From Octopus sinensis (taxonomy: Eukaryota): DNA of 64,000 bases. The stretch spans positions 33,170,001-33,234,000 of the forward strand of contig NC_043001.1 of the NCBI RefSeq assembly GCF_006345805.1. The letters run 5' to 3'. Position numbers and translations under genes: made by a program. The notes under the pieces are model-generated. The model worked only from the letters and a program-made list of their open reading frames with translations, did not search any database and had not been told where the DNA came from. Positions 27,511 to 39,262 of the stretch are shown piece by piece; position 1 is the first letter of the stretch; every line of letters begins with the position of its first letter.

Positions 27511-28454
27511 TAAAAGTTAATAAGTACTCTATTAAAGATATTCAATAATTCTTCAATTTAACCTTAAATTTTTATAGAGAACTTTAGCATGGAAGCAAAC
27601 ACACAAACGCACGCACTTACATACACATACACGCACTCACACACACACATACACACACACGCATATATAAAGATATGTAGGTATGTATGTATGCATGCAT
27701 CTATGAATGTATATATGTGTGGAGGCATGTATATACACAGACACACATACACACATGCACACACATGCACACACATACATACACATACACTCATGCACAC
27801 ACATTTGACTCACAAGTATCCATCTTCCTCCTTCTGTCCTTTTTTTTCTATTTTTGTAACTTTCTAAAGAAGGACTTAAACTAAAAACATCAATCACACA
27901 CACACACACGTATTTTATTTTTTTATTGGGTGTTAAAGATAATAATTAGATTCTTTCACTGTTGTCTCTAGTATTACTTTTCTTATAAATTTTGATCATG
28001 CATGCGTATAGGATATCTTCCATGCGTGTGTGTATGATATTCAACCTATGTTAATTCTGATTAGTTACACGTTTGGTCAACAGTTTCCCATCCATGGTTC
28101 TCCAGTAGTTTATTCAGACATCATGTATCTATTACAATGTTATTTAATGCATTCTTATATAACCGCTTGTTTAACTAAGTGGGACTCAATGGAAATATGG
28201 CGGTTACCACATTATCGAACGACCGCATAAGAGTACCACTGTATTTGTTCATACCAGTGTAAATATGGTGGCATTTATGATTCAAAGGGGAGGTTACTCG
28301 AATATAAGGTAATTCAATCATTCGTTAAATACTGATCGACAAAATTAGTATCAAACTATGTGGAGGTGTCAATAGAATGATTTAAAATCATCATAGATAG
28401 CCATTAGTATGAAAGCAACCCATAGACTAAAATCTGTAAAACAATACATTTTTC

Positions 28455-28491
<37 letters not shown>

Positions 28492-28529
28492 TGTGTGTTT
28501 GTGTGTGTGTATGTATATATTTATGTGTG

Positions 28530-28560
<31 letters not shown>

Positions 28561-28938
28561 GTATGCATACGATAGCAGTGAATAGTGAGAATTAGTACTC
28601 AACACAGCATTTGGTGAATAAATATAATTTTAATTTGTGAATAAGCAATACTACCATTAGTTTCATGCGAAAATCTCGCAAGTATGAATTATTTCGTAGA
28701 AAAAAACCCCTGGTAATCTGTCTGTATGCTACATAAACTTTACCCACACTTGGACACGGCTCACCAACATTTTTACGTGCAATACCTGGCATTTGCGATG
28801 TTTCACATGAAACCAATGGTAGCTTTGTAAATCCATTAGGAAAGGATGTATATATAAATGTGTTTGCATGCCTCGATGTGTGAGTGGGAGCATATATGTA
28901 TTTGTGTGGCTATATTGACTTATCACCTTATTTCTCCC

Positions 28939-28986
<48 letters not shown>

Positions 28987-29582
28987 TCCTCTGTTCGCGT
29001 GTGTGCGTGAAATAAATAAAATTTTTATGAAATACTGAAGTTGAATGCAATTATTGCTTCGTATAATGTCAGAACAGAACTTCTCTGAGTAATGCATTTA
29101 AAGAGTCATGCTTTCGTCCATCTGAAGTGTCTCTTTGTGTAGAAAAGAGAGAGAACATTTGAAAGAGAAACGTCAGGAGATTGAATGTGAGAGAGAAATT
29201 ATGTAAAATGGAAATTCTGTAAACGAAATAGATAAAACATAAAAATGTACACAATTCAAATATAATTTTATATATCATTGCATTTTAAAATATTTTTGAA
29301 TATGGGAATTCTTGGATTGGAATGTCAATGGTTTAAATTATTATACCATAGTTATACTGTTCTCATCCAAACCATCTTGCTGATAATATTATCCCGTGTT
29401 CTCACAAATACTGTCTCCTGTATTGATAGAAACTTAGAATGATGTATACAAAATTATAATGTATTATTTGCTCTCAATATAACTCTCAGTAAACTTGACA
29501 TTCTAATTCAGTAAATGTGACATTCAAACTCGGTAAATCTGAACAGTATTCTATAAAATATTTATCATATATTAGGATTAGT

Positions 29583-29860
29583 GAAGGCATATGGCTCAGT
29601 GGTTAGAGCATCGGGCTTACAGTCGTGTGGTTGTGAGTTCAGTCTGTGAACTGCGTCCCTGAGCAAGACACTATATTTCACTTTGCTCCAGTTCACACAG
29701 CTGTAAGAATGAGTTGCGACATCACTGGTACCAAGCAGTATCAGCGTTTGCCTTTCTCTTGGACCATGCCGGTGGCGTGAAGAGGGTAGACTGGTATGCA
29801 TAGGTGACTGCTGGTCTTCCACAAACAACCTTGATCGAACCTGTGTCTCGGAAGAGAACT
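29583..29860 (+). mobile_element. SINE, family C (diverged)
   Basis: gaaggcatatggctcagtggttagagc...ctgagcaagacactatatttcactttgctccagttcac. Confidence 0.75.
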
Positions 29861-30507
29861 CTGTAGAAGCAATCTAATGTTCATTCGTGACCGAAGTGTT
29901 TCTTTAACTTTATATTTAAATTTAATAATTTTTCTTCTGGTTGAATCAGAGTTGAAAGTGAAACGCATGTATCAGAGATTGCTACAATCTAAAGCAACGC
30001 ATCAATATACCAACTGTCCTTCAAACAGAAAACCTTGTTCAAATGTTTGCAACAGTTTAAATTCTATTGGCAGTGCTGAATCGAAAGATCACTTGAATTT
30101 ACCACCCAAGTACAGATATAGTTCGGTGATTTTCTTTAAGTAGAACATGAAAAGAGCATCGAGAGGAATAACCAATTTTGTTTAAAGTACAAGGAAAACA
30201 TCATAACATTTATGAAGTCTATAGTGCAAACATTTTCAGTGTAAGCGATAATGAAATATGGAGCAAGTTCAAGCAATATTCTCAAGACGGGTCATACTGT
30301 TCGACATTAATTCAGCTGAGGCGTGTTTGCTCATTTACAGCGAGTGGCAGACACAAGCGGATTATGCGAATGCAATGTCAAACTGTAAGCTATTGCAAAG
30401 AAAGAATATATTAACACTAAATAAATATGATACTCAAGTAAGAGATATTTTTCAGACTTAATTTATTGAATTATGTATCTATCTAGCTAGCTATCACTCT
30501 ATCTATC

Positions 30508-30547
<40 letters not shown>

Positions 30548-32471
30548 GAGAGAGAGAGAGAAATGTCTCACAATGATATTGAGTCTACCTCCAACTGAAT
30601 ATATGATTTAGTGAGTAAATGGTAGAGCTACAAAATAATTATTTAACATTAAACTTTTCGCAGCAAAATATGATTTTGTAAACTCTAAATAATTTTTTAC
30701 AGTTTGTATCTACCATAGATTTATCAATAGAATGTCTATGTCTACATAGTAATCAGGAATAATTTAAGGGCCATATCCTTCGATAGACTGTCTAAAATGT
30801 AAAAAAAATGAATGAAAACAGTCATTTCTTAAACGCGGCCCAAATTCTAAGTATATCCCCCATTAGCAGTTCAAATAATGCGATGAATTTGCGAAACGTC
30901 ATTCTACTGCCTCTATTCTATACATTCAGTTGTGTAAAGGTAACCGAGCTGACTCTTCTATGGTGTCTACCACCATCGTCATTACTACTATTACTGCTAC
31001 CACTTCTTTTGTAATTCTGTTTTTGATTCACCGTCTCGCGTTTCCGAAACTGAAACTTTGCAGAGTCTATTTTTTTTCTGTTTAAGTACAGCAAAAATAG
31101 TTTTATTAGATACCCAAGTATTTGACGGGTACTTTATTTTATAGTCGTCGAAAAGGGAAAAGGTAAAGTTTACATCTGTAGGTTTCGAACTCTGGATTTA
31201 AAGAGCTGAATAAAGGCATTTTTCCCGACGCTCAAATGACTCTATCAAGTCATCACTCCTGCTGTGCCTATAATGAATGATAGTGCCAACAAGAAATATA
31301 ATAGAAGGGATTGACTGATAAACTTGTGCTGCCACTTTTTATATCAGTGAGTTGTTCCTTCCTTGTTGCACCTACGTACGGATCAATTTATAATAGAAAT
31401 GTCTCGGCTACAAGTAAAATGGAACTTGAGTCAATGAAACACAATATGGTCGTTCAAACTGTATGAAAATTAAAAAAAATGATTTTATATCGTCTTCAAA
31501 AATTGAATGATAATGTATATCAAACTTAGATCCACTGCTTGAAAGTAAAGACGAAATAATGACGGCTGAAATGATTTGGTTGTAGGTTTCCTCATTCGAT
31601 GTTTCCTTGGGTTAAACAACAACACCACTTCTGTCAAATTTGGGATTGTTTTCTTGATATTTCATTGAAATAGTCGTCGGCTTATGCAGTGTTTGCGTAT
31701 AGATTACAATACTTGACATATCAACTGTGTAAGCAGTTATTTGCAGATTATATGTACGTAGATATTTAAAACTTCATGTGTGCAGAGTGAAAATGGCGAT
31801 GGATTTTGATACTCAGCATATTGTTTCACTCTATATAATCTGAAAAGGTATTTGAAACGGAAATATATCCAGTTTCTGGTGATAATATTTGTTCTGGGAA
31901 TATATCCGAAATATTAGTATTAGATACAACACTTAATCGATTTTAAAACTTATAACGTGTTTAAACACACAGAAGTTGTATTCCATGAGATACACGAATG
32001 AATATAATAGCTATATGAGCTTTCGATTCAGAGCATTAAAATATCTTATCCTATCCTAAATATCTTATCCTTCCTTTTACATTCCTGCACATATTTTCAA
32101 ACGATTTTATAGGCGGCACATTTTAGTCCTGAGTCCAGCTGAATTCAAATTTCATTCACCAAGAAGAGGTAAAATAAGATACTTGTCATGTACTGGGGTC
32201 GATATAATCGATTATCCCTTTCCCAAAATTTCGGGCCTTGTACGTATTAAACACATCGCATACTGCTGATGGTGATAACGATGATGATGATGATTCTAAT
32301 ATTAGCACAAAGCCAGCAATTTTAGGGGAACAGTCAAGAACTTCCAGTTACCTTTAGGAATGCATCCTTCATTGTTAGGTACTTGGTCATCTTCAAAAAT
32401 GAAGCTGGAATAACAATAATGGTCGGATGTTTAGTGCCCGAATTACAAGAGATAATGTAACTGTTAGAACA

Positions 32472-33327
32472 AATTTATTTCTACAGAAGTTATTTTGAGC
32501 ATCCTTTATTTTTTCTCTTGTAATTCTACATATGTGTATATTACGTTTTATTTGTGTATATATCATGAGTGCCCAAGTGTGTGTATTTGTGTCAAAAAGC
32601 TCAGTTTCATTAATCAGTATTTCAGCGTATTCATTTAAAGAGAGAATATTTATTCATAGTTGAGTTATTTAGGAAACGAAGGTATTTTGAACATGATTAG
32701 CGACTTAACTAGTTTCGTCGGCTGCGGGGTCATTCCGAAAAGCTCTACCTGCGACGATTTCATCTCAATCGAAGGAGAGGAGCTTTCTCCGTCCGGGTTG
32801 CAGATCCGTGGAACAAGCTGCCAGACGAGATGGTGAAGATGCCGACGACCGCTTTGTTCAAAGCCTCCCTAGACCTCAAGTGGCCTGAACTCTTTACATG
32901 AACACCACCCTGTACTTAACTCCATGTCCCCCTACATGGCCTTGCTATTTGCTTTTGAGCCAAATTAACTAACTAACTAACTAACTAACTTTACATTTAT
33001 TCATCTTATCAATAAACATGTTCACTGCGAACATTTTCCTGTTGTATTCTTCAATCAGTCAAGAGTTGAAACGAAGCTCAAAATAATGAAGTCCATATTT
33101 TGTCCTTTGTACAAAGAAAGTGTTTCTAAGTTTGAAACATCCAGAGAAAGTGTTTCGTGATAGAAAAGAATCGTTACTGAAAATTGTTAAGCACTTAACT
33201 ATAGCGTAGCGTTTCTTTTTAGCAAAGAAACCATCGGTTATGTACAACAGCTATTTTCTTAAACGTTATACATAATGTAGTTTCTCAGTAAGTCAATTAC
33301 AAAGTAAGGCTTTTTTTAATGCAAATT
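32472..33327. repeat. Left arm of ~580-bp inverted repeat (partner 35509-36090), interrupted by a LINE fragment
   Basis: Reverse complement of 35509-36090 over its whole length, apart from the 32717-32989 insert and scattered substitutions. Confidence 0.92.
32717..32989 (+). mobile_element. 5'-truncated CR1-type LINE 3' end with (AACT)n tail
   Basis: RLRGHSEKLYLRRFHLNRRRGAFSVRVADPWNKLPDEMVKMPTTALFKASLD; absent at the equivalent position of the right arm. Confidence 0.85.
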
Positions 33328-33942
33328 AGGATTGATGTAAAAATTCTGATGAAAACTGCTGAGACAAAGGCCATGTGACAGAGGTTGTACGGAATATGCC
33401 TAGTAGTGGGAGTTATTTTTTTCTGGAGCAAAATGCAGTCAAGGCAGCAACAAGATTTGTAGTTCCCAGATTCCAGAGCAATATTCATCATAGCTCTGGA
33501 AATGGCGGGAAGGTCATCCTCGTACACAGGAAGTACTATAGCTATCGAAGCGTACTATGGGTTTGAGATGAACTCTATAGGTACGGAGTTGCATCAAGCT
33601 GGACTAGCCGAGTTGCACACAGAACGATGAAAATCGTGTAAGTGTCCGATAATTACTGACTTATGGAGCTGTCTGGAACTGGTGTTGCCACGTATAGAGC
33701 GGATTATGCTAACGGTCAACTCCATCGTCTGTGTTTGTCCCCCCACCCCAACATCGCTTGGCAACGATGCTGGACATGGTCAACTGGTTATGGTCAAACA
33801 CTGGCAAGGAAATCTGTGGTCTAGAGCAGAATATTCGCTGTAGTCCATCTTTTATACCAAGACAAAACAATGTACATGATAACACTTCCAATCAGTTAAG
33901 ATCAGAAGCCATGAGAGCCACTGTCTAGTACTGCATGAGGAC

Positions 33943-33985
<43 letters not shown>

Positions 33986-33989
33986 AAAC

Positions 33990-34200
33990 GGCAGGCTGGC
34001 AGAAACGTTAGCACACCGGGCGAAATGCTTAGCGGCATTTCGTTTGTCTTTATGCTCTGAGTTCAAATTCCGCCGAGCTCGACTTTGCCTTTCATCATTT
34101 CGGGGTCGATAAATTAAGTACCAGTTGCGTACTGGGGTTGATCTAATCGAGTGGCCCCCCTCCCCATATAAATTTCGGGCCTTGTGCCTCGAGTAGAAAA
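33990..34200 (+). mobile_element. SINE, family A
   Basis: Full head and core, flanked by (ATT)n, ending ~70 nt upstream of a Dscam acceptor. Confidence 0.85.
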
Positions 34201-34272
34201 TATTATTGTTATTATTATTATTATGTTCTGAAATAATCATTAATCTGCTACTGTTTTCTTCTTTTTTTGTAG

Positions 34273-34399
34273 CAAACAATACAGTACAACAGTTTACTAT
34301 TTATTAAAGAAGTGAGTCCCCGACATAATGGAAACTACACTTGCTATGCTAATAACTCGGTTGGCTACGATAGCTATACGGCCAGCCTTGTGGTTTATG
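34273..34399 (+). CDS. Dscam: Dscam exon: Ig7 C-terminal half (QTIQYNSLLFIKEVSPRHNGNYTCYANNSVGYDSYTASLVVY)
   Basis: HxGNYTC motif typical of Dscam Ig7; polypyrimidine tract plus gtag|, donor G|gtaagt; phase 0-1 fits both neighbours. Confidence 0.93.
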
Positions 34400-34759
34400 G
34401 TAAGTTCAAATTCTTGAATTTATTTATAAAATACTCTGTAAATGTTATTACAGCATTGGTGAAGTTTTCAAGATTATTGCCACCATTTTTAATGGCATTT
34501 CGCAGATAACAGAATAATATCCCGTCATAGGACTTACCTATTAAAAGCAAGTTTTCCATATGACGATGGTGTGGTTCTCCTAACCAACAATTACTTGAAT
34601 TGAACTAATTACAAGTGTATGCATTGTGCAATTATGTAACTAATCGCCGGATGACAAATCGAACTTATGGTTTAAGATTTGCTTCCTTAATGCCATATCA
34701 CTGTATTCTTTAAAAGAAAACTGAAAATACATGCAATATATTACTTCTACATTACTCTC

Positions 34760-34987
34760 TCTTTTACTCTCTTTTACTTGTTTCAGTCATTTGACTGTGA
34801 CCATGCTGGAGCACCGCCTTTAGTCGAGCAAATTGCCCCCAGAACTTATTCTTTGTAAGCCTAGTACTTATTCTATCGGTCTCTTTTGTCGAAACGCTAA
34901 GTTACGGGACGTAAACACACCAGCATCGGTTGTCAAACGATGTTGGGGGGACAAACACAGACACACAAACATACACACACACACACA

Positions 34988-35023
<36 letters not shown>

Positions 35024-35186
35024 CGACGGGCTTCTTTCAATTTCCGTTTACCAAATCCACTCACAAGGCTTTGGTCGGTCCGTGGCTATAATAGAAGACA
35101 CTTGCCCAAGGTGCCACGCAGTGGGACTGAACCTGGAACCATATGGCTGGTAAGCAAGTTACTTACCACACAGCCACTCCTACGCC
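34760..35186 (-). mobile_element. SINE, family B
   Basis: Matches the 16250 copy. Confidence 0.85.
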
Positions 35187-35331
35187 GATTGTAGTATTAA
35201 CACCAATTATTATTACTCAAGTGAGATATCAAATCTTAAATTATTTATTGCTACTCCTTTGTTATGTTTCTTGAAATTATTTATAAACTCCTGTATAATG
35301 TAACTTAAGAACTATATTGTTTTTTATTTAG

Positions 35332-35451
35332 TGCCACCTCGATGGATCGTAGAACCTAAAGATTCATTTGCTGTTCTTGGAAAATCAGTCCAGCTTCATT
35401 GTAAGACATCGGGAACCCCGACTCCGTCCGTTATTTGGCAAAAGGCAAAAG
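35332..35451 (+). CDS. Dscam: Dscam exon: Ig8 N-terminal half (VPPRWIVEPKDSFAVLGKSVQLHCKTSGTPTPSVIWQKAK), GC donor
   Basis: VPPRWxxEPxD is the conserved Dscam Ig8 start; acceptor tttag|; donor AAG|gcaagt gives phase 1 and joins in frame to 41613. Not in the ORF track. Confidence 0.9.
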
Positions 35452-35508
35452 GCAAGTCATCTTGTTTCTATACTTTTCGTTTTAACTTTTCATATTAAAA
35501 TTTGAGAA

Positions 35509-36090
35509 AATTTGCATTAAAAAAAGCCTTACTTTGTAATTGACTTACTGAGAAACTACATTATGTATAACGTTTAAGAAAACAGCTGTTGTACATAAAC
35601 GATGGTTTCTTTCCTAAAAAGAAACGCTACACTATAGCAAGTGCTTAACAATTTTCAGTAACGATTCTTTTCTATCTAGAAACACTTTCTCTGGATGTTT
35701 CAAACTTAGAAACACTTTCTTTGTACAAAGGACAAAATATGGACTTCATTATTTTGAGCTTCGTTTCAACTCTTGACTGATTGAAGAATACAACAGGAAA
35801 ATGTTCGCAGTGAACATGTTTATTGATAAGATGGATAAATGTAAAGAAACTAGTTAAGTCGCTAATCATGTTCAAAATATCTTCGTTTCCTAAATAACTC
35901 AACTATGAATAAATATTCTCTCTTTAAATGCATACGCTGAAATACTGATTATTGAAACTGAGCTTTTTGACACAAATACACACACTTGGGCACTCATGAT
36001 ATATACACCAGTACAACTTAACATACACATATGTAGAATTACAAGAGAAAAAATAAAGGATGCTCAAAATAACTTCTGTAGAAATAAATT
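35509..36090. repeat. Right arm of ~580-bp inverted repeat
   Basis: Reverse complement of 32472-33327 minus the LINE insert. Confidence 0.92.
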
Positions 36091-36115
36091 GATGAATTCC
36101 TATAATCTTTCTATT

Positions 36116-36215
36116 NNNNNNNNNNNNNNNNNNNNNNNNNNNNNNNNNNNNNNNNNNNNNNNNNNNNNNNNNNNNNNNNNNNNNNNNNNNNNNNNNNNNN
36201 NNNNNNNNNNNNNNN
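36116..36215. other. Assembly gap (100 N)
   Basis: Run of N. Confidence 1.
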
Positions 36216-37159
36216 ATTGAAATGCGCCAGAAAATCTGAGCGCTTGATTCGATATAAAAAAAAATGGAAATGCAACGGTTGTTTTGAAGGAAATTTATAT
36301 GCTTGTTATTGGACAATATCTACTGGAGCTTCTAAAATTGACAAAGAATCTATTAACGGCGTAAAACCGATACATAGAAATATATTTCCAGTGTTTCTCG
36401 TTGATGTAAGCTCGTAGAAAACTAAACCGGAAGTAATGCATGGGTTGGTTTTTTTCTACAACCAATAGAAGCAGTTGTAATAAAATACATTCATATTGTA
36501 ATCGCTAGTAAATATAGACACAAAAATTTTTTTTTAAATTATAATCAAAACTTATAAAGGGATTTTTTGTTAAGACCTTGCTTTTGATGACCGTACTACC
36601 ATCAGCATCCCAAACAGTTCTAGAGTTTTACCTTATACATTTCTGTCTTTTTTAGATCCTTTTTTTGTCTTTCATGTTGGTTCTATAAATTCGATCAAAT
36701 TCGATCATTCCCAAACTTCCTCTTTATTTGTTTCCCTTCATCTACTCCACGTTTTCAATGTTGTTCTCTTTCTTTGCGTGTTTCAACTTTCATCTACTTG
36801 CTCCTTTCAACTTTCAGACTCCCAATTATTATTTCCCACTATAATGTCTTGTTTGTATCTTAATTAATTAATAAAACAAAAAACACTAATGAATACAATG
36901 AAGTTAACAAATAGTCGTTTGTCAGCAAAAATCATTTAGTAAGTATGAACGATTTCTTGCCGTTGGGTGACATAATGTATTGAAGATTCGATAGCAGCTA
37001 AGAAGGACAGAAGGGTAACGAGCTGAACAGGTTAAAAGGACACTGTAGCAGATTATTATCTTTAACTATATTCTCATTTATATATCACATATATTTTTTA
37101 ATTACTTACAAATGAATCCACACAAGACATCAGGGTATATATCTTTTTTATAATTAAGA

Positions 37160-37380
37160 GATGAGGAATTATGTACATTATTTAATTCGACGGATATTTG
37201 TCCTCATCTTGTTTGTTGTTAACACAACGTTTCAGCTGATATACCTTCCGGCCTTCATCAGGTGTCTTGGGGAAATTTCGAAAATACCTTAGGAATGAGA
37301 ACCCAGGTTCGAAATTTCCCCCCAAACAACAAACAAGATGAGAACAAATATCCGTCAATTGTAAATAATGTAAATAATGT
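37160..37380 (-). mobile_element. Fold-back Penelope-like-derived element with minimal hammerhead motif (37221-37266)
   Basis: Minus strand: gacac-CTGATGA-a-ggccgg...tcagct-GAAAC-GTT-gtgtt. Outer arms gacggatatttgtcctcatcttgtttgtt / aacaaacaagatgagaacaaatatccgtc; inner arms ggggaaatttcgaa / ttcgaaatttcccc. Confidence 0.65.
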
Positions 37381-37391
37381 ATATATATATC

Positions 37392-37595
37392 TCACTCGTT
37401 TATTACTGTTCTTATTTTATTATTTAACTCATGTCCATTATCCAGACATCTTTCGTCACATATCTGTAACGAAAGATTTCCGGACGATGGGCATGAGTTA
37501 AAATAATAAAAGAAGAACAGTAATAAACAGGTGAATAAAAAATATATAGTACACGTGTTTATTTGGCAAAAAAAAATGATCATCCCGAAATACAG

Positions 37596-37598
<3 letters not shown>
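37392..37598 (+). mobile_element. Second fold-back hairpin + tail element in (TA)n
   Basis: Imperfect ~70-bp arms (tcactcgtttattactgttctt...tctttcgtcaca / tgtaacgaaagat...aagaacagtaataaacaggtga), then a tail and (TA)n. Confidence 0.6.
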
Positions 37599-37648
<50 letters not shown>

Positions 37649-38127
37649 ATACATGCAGCATTGTCCTTCGTAATGGTATTCTATGCAATATACTTCCTCC
37701 GGTTTTACACTACTACTTGATCATCGGGCGTCCGATGGTATACAAACAGACCAGATCTCCGGCGTTAAGAAAACTTCTATCCTAAATTGTGTTCTACTTG
37801 TGTTTTTGTTCATCTGTCTCAGAGGTCACACAATAAGATTAGAACTCGTATTCTGTCATTGTTCTTTTGACTAAAATAGGCAAAATTCGCGCATTAATGA
37901 GCTACATTTGACATAGGCACTTTTACTGCTCAATTTTCTGTCATTTCGTCCTTTATTCTGTATTCTGTGCATGTAACTCTGGCTTTCATTGCTGTCTTTC
38001 TTTATTTGACTTATTGCTATTTTCTGTCCCTGCTGTTACATTTATCGACGAGATATAGTGTATATGAGCACTACATATACAATAAGCTACCATCATGATT
38101 ATTATTAATAGTATTTTTTAGTAAACT

Positions 38128-38362
38128 CAGCAACAGCAGCAGTAGTAGTAATAGTGGTAGTAATAGTGGCAGTAGTACTACAAGCAGTAGTGGTGGTGAT
38201 GGTTGTGGTGGTAGTAGTAATAGTGGTACTGGTGGTGGTGGTAGAGTAGTAGTAGTAGTAGTAGTAGTAGTGTGTGTGGTGGTGGTGGTGGTGGTGGTGG
38301 AGGTGGTGGTGGTGGTGGTGGTGGTGGTGGTAGTAGTGGTGGTGGTGGTGGCAATAGTAGTT
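38128..38362. repeat. (GTA)n/(GGT)n trinucleotide repeat
   Basis: Seen directly. Confidence 0.95.
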
Positions 38363-38872
38363 GCTTTGTATTTGATACCCAACATGGAAATAATTTATGT
38401 TGTGCCTGATTAATAAAACAAAATTGTGAATATCATTCTCATTTTAATTTCAAAAGAATCTCCTGTTTTATGAATGCAACAAATAGTTTGCAAATATTAT
38501 CAAAACCATAACTTTAATGATTTGGCCTACTTTAAAAGAACGCAGAACTATAATTCTGTGACAGTTTATATAAAAAGACATGACAATTGTCAAATGATAT
38601 CGAGCAGGTCTTAGGTAAAGATAAAAAAACATTTTTTAAAACAGTAAAAATGTAAAACTAGTCATCGTTTCTCTTCAGATTTTTTGTCTTTTCTCAAATG
38701 CAATTATAAAGACAACAAAAAATCATATAGAAAATAGGTCGTTTGACAAAAGAGTCTCGAGCTAAAAGTTTAACAGATACAAAATGGTACATTGAATAAC
38801 AAAACTGATTGATGCCGAAAACATTAATTTAATAATATAAACAAGATTTGTATATTAAAAAATCAACATTAT

Positions 38873-39035
38873 AGGCGTAGGAGTGGCTGTGTGGTAAGTA
38901 GCTCGCTTACCAACCACATTGTTCGGGGTTCAGTCCCACTGCGTGGCACCTTGGGCAAGTGTCTTCTATAATAGCCTCGGCCCGACCAAAGCCTTGTGAG
39001 TGGATTTGGTAGACGGAAACTGAATGAAGTCCGTC

Positions 39036-39110
<75 letters not shown>

Positions 39111-39262
39111 TGTATGTATGTATGTGTGTGTGTGTATATATGTTTGTGTGTCTGTGTTTGTCCCCCCAACATCGCTTGACAACCGATGCTGGCGTGTTTA
39201 CGTCCCCGTAACTTAGCAGTTCGGCAAAAGAGACCGATAGAGTAAGTGCCAGGCTTACAAGT
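38873..39262 (+). mobile_element. SINE, family B
   Basis: Matches the 26167 copy. Confidence 0.85.

Noticed and set aside
38071-38385. Poly-T/P/L mucin-like ORF
   Set aside because: Reverse translation of a (GGT)/(GTA) repeat.
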